A stretch of DNA of 64,000 nucleotides from Squalus acanthias (taxonomy: Eukaryota), in assembly GCA_030390025.1 (NCBI GenBank), contig CM059432.1:146322001-146386000 (forward strand), read 5' to 3'. The notes beneath the pieces were generated by a model. It had not been told where the DNA came from. It worked only from the letters and a program-made list of their open reading frames with translations, and did not search any database. Positions within the stretch are counted from its first letter, which is position 1; each line of letters opens with the position of its first letter. Shown in pieces: positions 10,629 to 21,523 of this stretch. The position numbers were made by a program, and so were the translations under genes.

Positions 10629-12389
10629 GGCCTCAATTCAGTAGCGTCCATTTTTTGGGCGGCTTACGTGCAGAGTGCTAACAGCCCGCCCTCAACTGGG
10701 GAGGTCCGAGGAGCCCCGGATACCGTATCGTGTAAGTGGCACTACGGCAGGTGCCAGCACAGGTTGCTGCGCCAATTTTCATGCAAGTGATTGGGTTGTT
10801 TCTCTGGGGGTCTGAAGGGGAGGGACAGCTGAGACTGGTCGGAGGGCTGGCGGGAGTCGGGTAGGAAGATCGCTGGTGTCTGGAGGAGGAATGGCTGGAT
10901 TTGGGAGTCCGATACGAGGGCTGTCGTGGGGTTGGGTAGGAAGGCCGCGTGGGTCTGGCGGAGGAATGGCTGGGATTCGGAGTCTGATCGGAGGGGTGTC
11001 GGGTAGAAAGATTAGGCGGCCTGAAGTATTGTTGGGGGTGGTCGGGAGTGCTGTCGGTGGGTGGGGGCTAGGAGGTTGGGGCCGGAGTGGGGGGAGATCG
11101 GGGAGACCTGGAGGTTGGACTCTGGAGTGAGGTAGGGGATCTCTGGACCGGGAGCGGCAGTGATTATGGTAAGTACTTACCTTTTGTTAATTCCGTGCTG
11201 TTTACTGTTGATTTTCCCGGAGGCAATTAGCGCTGGTGCTGGCTGCCTCCAGTGCAAACCGAAGTTGCAAGAGGGAGCGGAAGCAGGCATTTGGGGGGAG
11301 AAATTCAGTATCGCCCCATTTGGGGTGCAATTATCGACCGGGCGCAAAGATTAGCGCCTGGCGCTAATTATCGCCTCCGACTGCAAACTTGACTTTTATC
11401 GCCCCTGGAGGTGATTGGCGCGCTAAATCAGGTGCTTCACTCCTGTCTTAAGGCGCAAAGGCCGAGGAGCGAGGCGCTACCTCAGAGCGATGGCGAAGCT
11501 CATGTAATGTCAGTCAGCAATGGAACACACACACAATGGCACGGGCCAGTTCTTAAAGGGGAGGGTTGATCTTGCTTTCCATCCACATCCTGCTCATTGC
11601 AGCCTTGAATCTCTGCCTGGAGAGACCTGCACATCAAATCTGCTGGAAAGAACAATGGAGAGTACCAGGGAAAGAGCTTAGAGTGCAGCCCCCACAGTCT
11701 CTTCTAAATCGATACAAGGAATGGCAAATCAAAATGAACCTGCAAAGTGCTGCTCATTACCCAAAACTCCTTCACACAGCGTTGAATCTCTCCAGAAGTC
11801 TCTCTCTCTCTCTCTCTCTCTCAGAATGCGTGGTTCAAAAATGGCACCAACAATAAAAGGCAGGAAGCGGTCTCCTTTAAATAGCGCTCCCCCAGTCCCT
11901 TCATGACTGCAAAACGCTCCCCTCAACCTGCCGTTGCTAGCGTCAGGCGGTAAGGCAGGGGGCACCACTCAATATCTGCTCCGGGGCGATACCGGGGCGT
12001 TGCGCACTCGACTGACATCACGATTTGCCGGCGCAGGAGATCGTGGCGGTAGTGTTTAGCGCCGCCGCAAAATGTCTAGTTAATTTCGCGAGTGGCGCAA
12101 ACATCGCCGCGCCTGGGCGCTAGATGCTTTGCGCTCCATTAGCGCCCTCTTAAGGCGCTAACGGGAGGCGCAACCAACTGAATTTTTCCCCCTTGGTCTT
12201 TTATTTGCATATGTTAATGGTCTAGTGCCTGCTTCAGACGTGGGTAAAGGACGCCTCCTGTTTGGCCCTTACCAAGATGGCGTCCGGCGTGACCCGCACC
12301 AGATGTGCGTGTCACGGACGCCATTTTGGACACAAAACGGCACCCGTAGTGCCAAAAAACCAGGCGTTACGAAGCCGAATTTCTAGCCC
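10629..12389. mobile_element. Non-autonomous Harbinger-type element (family C), TSD TCT, with nested MITE
   Basis: Ends GGCCTCAATTC / GAATTTCTAGCCC flanked by TCT inside a reverse CR1 fragment; right arm resembles the reverse complement of 62579-62710. Confidence 0.7.
11294..12192 (-). mobile_element. Harbinger MITE, subfamily A2 (899 bp), TSD TTG
   Basis: TIRs GGGGGAGAAATTCAGT / ACTGAATTTTTCCCCC; both arms match 34469-38670; inverted sister of 19109-19996. Confidence 0.92.
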
Positions 12390-12422
12390 TCTGTTTTCTA
12401 TCACTTGGTCAAATTATGTCTC

Positions 12423-12640
12423 TGACGTAAGAAAACTACTAGGCACTTGGTCTAAGCATTAAACAAAGCTTTAATCAATGTTTTACAACATGGAGATCTA
12501 GTTGTGTCCTTCACTAGTTCCTGTTAAGAATGTCCTGTGCAAGCTGGGCCCGTGCCCGAGTATTTATACTCTCCCTGGACAGCGCCACCCGCAGGCCACT
12601 CAGTATTATTTCATAAGTCATGAATGACAGATTCATGTCA
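12423..12640 (-). mobile_element. Solo LTR (218 bp), 5-bp TSD GTCTC
   Basis: TGAC...GTCA termini; GTCTC at 12418-12422 and 12641-12645; minus-strand TATAAATA followed by ATTAAA. Confidence 0.72.
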
Positions 12641-14073
12641 GTCTCCATGCTGCTACTGCCCCTTTTATCCCGTGGGCTTCAATTTTGTTAACAAGCCTCA
12701 TATTTGGTACGTTATCAAATGCCTACAGTTGGGTTCGGGTTTGAGATTTTTTTTTTTAATTGTTACGTCCTACCCAACCCAAACCCACCCATTTTTGGGG
12801 GTTAAAATTCCCCTCGTTGCATCTTTCTTCTAAGTGTCATCTGGATAAATATTTGAAGCAGGACAGATAGCGGGTCAGTGGAGGTGAGGGTTGGTGGTGG
12901 TCACTGAGCTGTTGCTGCAAAGAGCCAGGTGGCCTCTTCCTGTGGTGTAACATTCTGTGGTTCTGTATTATCAGAGCAGACCAATGAAGAAACCAGAGAC
13001 TGCTATGCATGAAGCTTATCTTGACAAGTATCTTTTAAGAATAGTAAGAATTCTTTCCTTTACATCTGTAGGATAGAATGTATCTGTAGGATTTAGTAAA
13101 CATTATTAAGATTCCATAACCATTTTTATATAACTATAATATGTGAAATTGTATGTTTAAAACCTAAAAAGCCTGTATAAAATGGCGAATGGCTGAGACC
13201 AAAGCAGGATGGGAATTATGCCAACCTGACTAATCTCTGTTAGAAATTGATGTAATTCTGTAAAATGGTCTTTTAAGTAAACAAGGAGATAGTGGGGAAC
13301 AAGAAATTCAGCAACATTGCAAAAGAAGATAGGTATCTGTAGGATTTAGTAACATTATTAAGATTCTATACATATATGCCGAGACAAGTGTAAACAATCA
13401 TGCAGATTTGAGAGAATGCCAGCATTATTGGAAGAATCTGTTTGAAGCATTTCCTTTAACTGGTTTAATAGTAAGGACTTGACTTTTTGTCGAGCCCATG
13501 AATTTCTCCTTCACACTGACCCGTTTATTAAAAATTTAAATCGGTCATTTCATTCTCTCCTAAATATGATTGTGCTGTGGAATGAGGGGAGGAAGCTATG
13601 TTTGGGAGTATTAATGATATGCTCTTGTTCTGTGATTGATAAAGAGAAGAAAATATACTGATGGCAAAGTAGTTTATCTGAGAGAAGTAGGTTTCACCTT
13701 CTAGCTGTAAACCCCGAAGAGTAACACAATCTCAATAGATACGGACAACGCACAATCTGTAATTAGTTGCACAAAGCATCTTTCTGCCTAGCATTCCAAT
13801 CAAATGTGATGATAAGTGAAAAGCAACTGTTACCACACAAATGTGATTTGAGATTGCTGGTGTCGTGGCTTAATCTGACTACGTCTGATTATGCCAGGTT
13901 TCCAGGGAGTACGCTAGGGGTGGAGATGTTGCTGGGTGTCTGTGTTCCAGCATTAGGAGATGCGTGAGGTCAGGTGTGAGTGTTGCTAGAAGCAGGGTTT
14001 CAGCAGTTGCTAATTGCAAGCTCCGCGGCCAGAACTCCTGAGACGATTACATCTGGATTACAGAAATCCGAAT

Positions 14074-14158
14074 ATGACTGAGCCAACTAGTAGAAAGCAA
14101 GGGTTCAAAAAATGCCGGAGTGCCACTTTCAACATTGATGGCTTTAGCTTCACTATAG
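14074..14158 (+). CDS. PDE1C: First coding exon of Ca2+/calmodulin-dependent phosphodiesterase 1 (PDE1C-like long N-terminal isoform)
   Basis: Encodes MTEPTSRKQGFKKCRSATFNIDGFSFTI then G|GTAAGT; closely resembles the recalled human PDE1C isoform start MTDAGNRKEGFKKCRSATFSIDGYSFTIV; lies in TE-poor sequence. Paralogue assignment is from memory. Confidence 0.82.
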
Positions 14159-15106
14159 GTAAGTGAAGAGACTGTGACGGAAAAGAGTTTGAGGCGAAAT
14201 TACTGGCAGCACAGATTATTCAGCGTGCAAATTGTGTTTTCTTCTTCAAATGTACACAGCCTCCGGTTTCGGTTAGTGCATTTATTTTATTTTATAGAAA
14301 TTTACAGTTCGTATGAAAAGTAACCAAGATTTAGTGCAAAAATACCGACTGGCAGAGTTTATCCTCCTTTCTGGTCTGTAATTTAGCTGGCTAACGTTAA
14401 AGGGATTGGGTCTGTTGCAAATAGGTCTGCGGTTTGAAAAATCCTCACAACTATAGTTGCAGTGAACGGTGAGCTAGAACGGTCGGATGTGACTGTGTAT
14501 GCACTAAAATAGATGCAATATTTTTTTAGTAGCATTTTAAGTGTCGACGAGGGTATTAATGTTCTAATAATGCTGTCCAGCTACATAAGCATTGCTGCAC
14601 TGCAGAAAGAAACTTTCTGAGGTGACGAGGCACTATATTAATGCAAATTTTAATATGTTTGTATTACATTCTGAAAAATTATGATCAGAGGTACTCTCGC
14701 TGCTTTTCATCTTTTAATCTGTATTGCGAAGAATATTTAAGCACTCTAATTAAGCCTTGTCAGTGTGGATGGTTTGTTTTTAATAAGACATCTTGCTATT
14801 AGAAAATGCAAACCCGTTAAATATGTTAATTTGTGTTGTACTCCTTAAATACCCAGAGGGTTTTGTGGAACCGTACTTTCAGAGCAGAGTCCTCTGTAAA
14901 ATCAAAGTCAGTATCAATAACCTATAAACTGATTTTGTTAAATCCATTTAATGATAATTGCTGCGATGCACTGTCCATCTGACATGCCCGAGTGAGCTGA
15001 GATCATGTTATTACAGAAGCAGATTTGACTGCATGAACTTTACAGACCATTTCAAAAAGCTGATGTTTGCAATCTCACTGATAAAATGCTCTGTGAACTG
15101 ATTACT

Positions 15107-15120
15107 GTCTCCATGGCGAC
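15107..15120. promoter_or_regulatory. Candidate RFX X-box GTCTCCATGGCGAC
   Basis: Near-palindromic match to GTNRCCATGGYAAC in unique sequence about 950 bp into the intron. Confidence 0.35.
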
Positions 15121-15559
15121 AAAACAGGACATGTCGTCACATAATGATCTCAATTGCTGCCAGTAACTTGCTTCAGCATCCAGCTCTCATTCACAGCTTG
15201 AGATTCAGTGGGTAGCTCATTATTTGTGTCTGTTGAGTAATTAGTACAACTTACCTCTCCCCACACATTAAAATCTGAAGCCTCTGACTACAGGGCATCT
15301 GGTATTGACATAACTGTGGGGGGGGTGGTAAGACACCTCGGGGTTATTCATTACTTTCTTATTATTAACAAGCTGTGTTGGGCCTCCTAGTGGACCCATT
15401 ATGTACAGATAGAAATCCGTTGCGGGCAATCATACGAGGGTATGCTGGGGAAAGATACCAAAGACTATTACCTTGAATTTGGGTTCACTTGAATTCATTC
15501 TTCGAATGAGAGATTAAACTAATTTGCCGGTTCAGGTGGAGGTAAAACCCAAAAAAAAA

Positions 15560-15960
15560 ACCTTACCTTTATTTTGTGTCTTTAATGCAGGAAAACGCAC
15601 CAAGGTGCTTCACAGAAGTCTAATCAGGCAAACATTGACACTGAGATAAAGAAGCAACTACCACTAGAGGTGACTAAAAGCTTGGTCATAAGAGGTAGAT
15701 TTTGAAAAGGGTCTTCAAGGAAGAGCGAGAAGTGGAGCAGCAGAAAGGTTTAGGAAGGGAATTCCAGAGGTTCGGGTCCAGATGGCTGAAGGCATGGCTG
15801 CCAATGGCGAGATGCGGGAAGCGGGGGATACCTGGGAGGTCAGAGTTGAGGAGGTCAGAGTTCTTGCAGGGTTGTAGGGCTGGAGGAAGCTGCAGAGATG
15901 GGGAGGGGTGAAGCAATGAAGAGATGAGAAAACAAATTTGACGCATCGGTGGACCAGGAG
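15560..15960 (-). mobile_element. L2-clade LINE 3' fragment (continues at 17330-17383 and 20743-20850)
   Basis: Minus-strand AFSHLDPNLWNSLP...SSLKTLFK; similar to 24610-24945 and 59100-59480. Confidence 0.7.
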
Positions 15961-17329
15961 TAGGGTTCCCAACCCTCCCGTTTTTGATGGGAGTCTACTG
16001 GGATAGGCGATTGGTTTCCCGAGTGCTCCTGCTGGTGACTCGGGTGAAAGGGCCCCTGTTTGCACAGTATTTTATTTATTGTTTGCACAGTACCCTGGCT
16101 ACCGTGGCTTGTAACCAAACGGCGTTCCCTGAGCCCTGCTGACACTCCCGTTGTCTAGAAACACCGCTTCATTGCCAGTTATGAAGATGATGACATCAGG
16201 GCCAATGAAGTTCACCTGGAAACTCCAAGTCCTGAGAGAGCAACTGGGTAAGAGAGAGAGAGAACCACAAACTGAGGAGGAATGAATGAGAGAATGGATG
16301 TTTCCCCTCGTGGGGGAATCTAGAACTAGGGGGCATAATTTCAGAATAAGGGGGCGCCCATTTAAAACGGAAATGAGGAGGAATTTCTTCTCTCAGAGGG
16401 TCGTGAATCTTTGGAATTCTCTTCCCCAGAGAGCTGTGGAGGCTGGGTCATTGAATATACTTAAGGTGGAGATAGACAGATTTTTGAACGATAAGGGAGT
16501 CAAGGGTTATGGGGAGCGGGCAGGGAAGTGGAGTTGAGGCCAAGATCAGATCAGCCATGATCTCATTGAATGGCGGAGCAGGCTCGAGGGTTCAAATGAC
16601 CGACTCCTGCTCCTACGTCTTATGTTCTTATGTAGAAACACAAACTGGGGAGGAAGGGAAAGAGAAACTCAAACTGGGGAGAGAGGGAGAGAGAAATGCA
16701 AAAATTGGGAGGGGTTCGAGAAAGAAAAACTGGAGTGAGGGAGAGTTCATGTCGGCTATGGTGTGCGCTGTTGTATAATGTGTTTTGTTCCAGCAGTCAG
16801 GCTTTAGTGCTTCTCTCTGAGAACTGAGCCTCACCTCCCTGAAGCTGGGCTTCATTCAGTGGTGTGGTGGGGTGTGGCAGCAGTGAATTGAATCAGGTTT
16901 GATTTTGGTTTTATTTAGCTTTATAATTTGCTGTGTCGTGTAAAAGGTCATAAAATTGTACAAAAACTTGTTACTTATTTATATTATTGTTGAATCAGTG
17001 GTATTGACTCGGTGTTTCTCATTGCGGTCTATACTGTGCAAACATCACAGAAATCGTTTTTATTTAAACATGACTTATCCTTCAATCTTTCTCCTTTTGT
17101 GTTCTTTGATTTTTAAATTGTTATTCATCTCACTATAAAACAAAAAGACAAATATTTTATTCGGGGCTCAGTGATACTAAAACACTCAACTGAGGCAAAT
17201 GCAATAACATTTGCAAACAGTGGGCTAATGTCACGTGATCAGATGTGATGTGAGCGGTGTCAAGTGATTGAATACCATGTCACATGATCAAATCTCCAGG
17301 AATAAGTCAAACCAGAGTTGGCAACCTTA
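15961..17329. mobile_element. Non-autonomous hAT-like DNA transposon, 8-bp TSD ACC(A/G)GGAG
   Basis: TIRs TAGGGTTCCCAAC / GTTGGCAACCTTA; ACCAGGAG (15953-15960) and ACCGGGAG (17330-17337); L2 resumes afterwards. Confidence 0.72.
16292..16632 (+). mobile_element. CR1 LINE 3' fragment nested in the hAT-like element
   Basis: MFPLVGESRTRGH...RRNFFSQRVVNLWNSLP followed by CR1 3' UTR and (TTCTTATG) tail. Confidence 0.9.
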
Positions 17330-17846
17330 ACCGGGAGTCAATGCTGGTTAACAGGAGCAGGGGTGATGGGTGAACGGGACTTAGACTGGAATTTTCTGGG
17401 GGGTCAGCGGGCGCGATCGGCGGCGGGTTGGGTGGGAAAGTGCTTTTTTTTTCATAGCGGGTTGGGACCCCGCTGTGAACCCGCCGCCACACGCCTTTCC
17501 CAATGTCGGGTCTGTCCGCACTCAGCGGACCTGACACGCAGCGGCGACGCAATGGCGGGGGACCCAATTCACGTAATTACTGGCTTGCTTCGAGCCACTT
17601 AAGAATGATTTTCAGCTTGCCTTTTGCATTTGACAGCTTACTCACGGGGTCCACACTGGTCGTGGACCACATCTGTCAAGCTGAGCCGGGAGTTCAGTGG
17701 CCATTGAATCAGCTGTTGAGTTGACAGCTTCAAATGTAAAGTAAAAGCTCCCACTTACAGAGATATCTTCCCTCAGCCACAAGCTCTTCCTCACTGCATT
17801 TCCACAACAGATTCACCATGGTGCAAGTCTTTACACAAGTCTGACC

Positions 17847-18570
17847 TTTTTTTAATTCGTTCATGGGATGTGGGCATCGCTGGTGAGGCCAGCATTTATT
17901 GCCCATCCCTAGTCGCCCTTGAGAAGGTGGTGCTGAGCCGCCGCCTTGAACCGCTGCAGTCCGTGTGGTGATGGTACTCCCATAGTGCTGTTAGGGAGGG
18001 AGTTCCAGGATTTTGACCCAGCGACAATGAAGGAACGGCGATATACTTCCAAGTCAGGATGGTTTGTGACTTGGAGGGGAACTTGGAGGTGGTGGTGTTC
18101 CCATGTGCCTGCTGCCCTTGTCCTTCTAGGTGGAAGAGGTCGCGAGTTTGGGAAGTGCTGCCGAAGGAGCCTTGGCGAGTTGCTGCAGTGCATCTTGTAG
18201 ATGGTACACACTGCAGCCACGGTACGCCAGTGGTGGAGGGAGTGAATGTTTAAGGTGGTGGATGGGGTGCCAATGAAGTGGGCTGCTTTGTCATGGATGC
18301 TGTCGAGCTTCTTGAGTGTTGTTGGAGCTCCACTCATCCAGGCAAGTGGAGAATATTCCATCACACTCCTTACTTGTACCTTGTAGATGGTGGAAAGGCT
18401 TTGGGGAGTCAGGAGGTGAGACACTCACCGCAGAATACCCAGCCTCTGACCTGCTCTTGTTCCCACAGTATTTATGTGGCTGGTCTAGTTAAGTTTCTGG
18501 TCAATGATGACCCCTAGGATGTTGATGGTGGGGGATTCGGTGATGGTAATGCCGTTGAATGTCAAGGGGC
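17847..18570 (-). mobile_element. 3' fragment of a second LINE family (poly-A tail)
   Basis: RT C-terminal LSTIYKVQVRSVMEYSPLAW; T7 at 17847; same family as 27023-27548. Confidence 0.8.
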
Positions 18571-19108
18571 GCCTTTGACAGATCGCTTCTGTCATCTCTA
18601 CATCCCCTGCCATCTATTCCATCAGCATGGTCGCCCTTTATACTCTCTCAACTTGGTCCTCAGAATCCCACCACTATCAGTCCGAACACCAGCAGCACCA
18701 GGCACACCAACAACACCACCAACCTTTTCTGCAATTACCTGATGCTGCACAGGACACAGGACATCAGCCCCTGACAACATTGCTGCCCAGGAGGCCGGGG
18801 ATGACCTCACCATGGCCAGATTTACTTCACTTGATGCTGTACACCCATATGGCTTCCACATGATGTGCCAGGTTGGCACCAGCCCACACCAACACCATAA
18901 AGCATCCCTACAATGCCCAAGCCATTCCTTTCACACTCATCGCCATTGCAGGGAGTACCGTTATGCCTCACCATTCACTACAACTCACTAAGCCACTTCC
19001 AAACGTGCACACAAATCTGTTCAAGAACGTAAAGTATTGAAAATAAAGGTTTCAATGTTTGACACCACATTAACAGAAACTTTACCTGAATATTGCATAA
19101 AACACCAA

Positions 19109-19996
19109 GGGGAAAAAATTCAGTTGGTTTGTGCCTCCCGTTAGCGCCTTAAGAGGGCGCTAATGGGGCGCAAAGCAATTAACGCCCGTGCGCGGCGATG
19201 TTTGTGCCGCTCATGAAATTAACTAGACATTTTGCGGCGGCGCCAAACACTACCGCCACGATCTCCTGCGCCGGCAGATCGTGACGTCAGTCGAGTGCGC
19301 AACGCCCCGGTAGCGCCCCGGACCGGATATTGAGTGGCACCCCCTGCCTTACCACCTGCCGCTAGCAACGACATGTTGAGGGGAGCGTTTTGCAGTCAGG
19401 AAAGGACTGGGGGAGCATTATTTAAAGGCGACTGCTTCCTGCCTTTTTTTGTTGGTGACATTTTTGCACCACGCATTCTGAGAGAGAGAGACTTCTGGAG
19501 AGATTCAACGCTGTGTGAAGGAGTTTTGGGTACTGAGCAGCACTTTGCAGGTTCATTTTGATTTGCCCTTCCTTGTATCAATTTAGAAGAGACTGTGGGG
19601 GCTGCACTCTGAGCTCTTTCCCTGGTCCTCTCCATTGTTCTTTCCAGCAGATTTGATGTACAGGTCTCTCCAGGCCGAGATTCAAGGCTGCAATGAGCAG
19701 GATGTGGATGGAGAGCAAGATCGACCCTCCCCTTTAAGAACTGGCCGGCGCCAGTGTGTCTGTGTTCAATTGCTGACTGACATCACATGAGCTTCGCCAG
19801 CGCTCTGAGGTACCGCCTCGCTCCTCGGCCTTTGTACCTTAAGACAGGTGTGAAGCGCCCGATTTAGCGCTCCAATCACCTCCAGGGGCGATAAAAGCCA
19901 AGTTTGCAGTCGGAGGCGATAATTAGCGCCAGGCGCTAATCTTTGCGCCCAGCCGATAATTGCGCCCCAAATGGGGCGATACTGAATTTTTCCCCC
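19109..19996 (+). mobile_element. Harbinger MITE, subfamily A2 (888 bp), TSD CAA
   Basis: GGGGAAAAAATTCAGT / ACTGAATTTTTCCCCC flanked by CAA; keeps Myb start MERTRERA versus MERVRERA in the autonomous element. Confidence 0.92.
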
Positions 19997-21147
19997 CAAG
20001 TGCCTACCCTTGTGTGTTGTTAGTTGGTGTGATTGCATTAGGATGAGGGTGAGTGTGAGGGGTGGCTAGTGAGATGACGATGTGATAATATAAAGAGGGA
20101 TGGGTGGAGGTGCAAGGTAAGTTGGTGTGAGTAAAGATGTGCAGGAGTAGGATAGGGAAGGCAGAGTGATGGGGATATGATGAGAGGCACAGGAGGATGA
20201 GGTTGAGTGTAGCTTTGTCCTAAAGTTTCGTGATCGACTGAAATCATTGAAATGTTTGCCGCAGTCCACCCAAGTCCCCCTGACCACATCCCTGCTTGTG
20301 CCCTCCTCTGCAATGTGCAACCAGGCTGTGTTGATCTCCTGGGGAGGTCTCTTCCACCCATGGGAAGGGAATAGGACTTCCCTGCATGCTGTGTCTCCCT
20401 CCATAAGCATATGGAGGGAGTCATGGGAGAGCCTGGGTGCAGCCCTGTGCCTTTGTGCAGTCATTGTCAGTGTTTGCAGCACCTCAATGCTGTCGAACAC
20501 TGACAGCACAAATGTCAAAGTAAATTTGGACATGGCCCCTTTAAGGAAACCGGCTGATGACACATCATTAAATGACATCACCAGACCCGCTTCCTCTAAT
20601 TGGCCGGGAAACACGCTGGGCGGGCTTAACAAGCCCCATCAAGGGAAATTCATTTCACAGCGGGATGGAGCCAGCAGTGGGGTCGAGACCCACCACCAAC
20701 ATCGCCCGCCACGGACCCACCGAGGTTAGTAAAATCCCGGCCGTAGTGAGGGTGAGGATACGGGCAGCAGAGTTTTGGATGAGCTGAAGTTTATGGAGTG
20801 TGGAGGATGGGAGGACAGCCAGGACAGTGTTGGAATAGTTGAGTCCAAATGTGAAAGATCCCATGATACTATTCGGAGAAGAAAAGAGAATTCTCCTCAT
20901 GTCCTGGCCTACATTTCTCCCTCAACCAAAACACCAAAAACAGATTGTCTAATCATTTATTAATTTGCAGTCTGTGGTTCTTGCTGTGTACAAACTGGCT
21001 GCCGCAATAGCCTGCATAACAACAGTGATTACAATTTAAAAGTAATCCATTTCTGGGATATTCTGACAATGCGAAGGGCCCGATAAAAATTAAAAACTTG
21101 CATTTACGTATCACTTTTCGTATCTTCACTGCATCCCAAAGTGCTTC

Positions 21148-21523
21148 ATACAAAATTATTACAGGGCTTGATAGGGTGGATGCTGGGAGAATGTTTCCCT
21201 TGGCTGGGGAGTCTAGAACCAGGGGCCACAGCCTCAGGATAAAGGGAAGGCCATTCAGGACTGAGATGAGAAGAAATTTCTTCACACAGAGGGTGGTGAA
21301 TCTTTGGAATTCTCTACCCCAGAGGGCTGTGGAGGCTCAGTCATTGGGTATATTCAAGACAGAAGTCGATAGATTTCTGACTAGTAAGGACATCAAGGGA
21401 TATGGCGATGGGGCCGGTGAATGGAGTTGAGGCAGAAGATCAGCCATGATCTCATTGAATGGCGGAGCAGGCTCGAAGGGCCGAATGGCCTACTCCTGCT
21501 CCTATTTCTTATGTTCTGATGTT
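21148..21523 (+). mobile_element. CR1 LINE 3' fragment within degraded SINE sequence
   Basis: YKIITGLDRVDAGRMFP...RRNFFTQRVVNLWNSLP followed by the 3' tail. Confidence 0.88.

Larger units (their letters stand above)
17384..20742 (-). mobile_element. Harbinger family B copy (inverted), interrupted by a LINE fragment and a MITE
   Basis: Reverse-complement homology to 8609-10321; Myb remnant TAWLHIAEEG...GKHFNDF at about 20230-20450. Confidence 0.82.
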
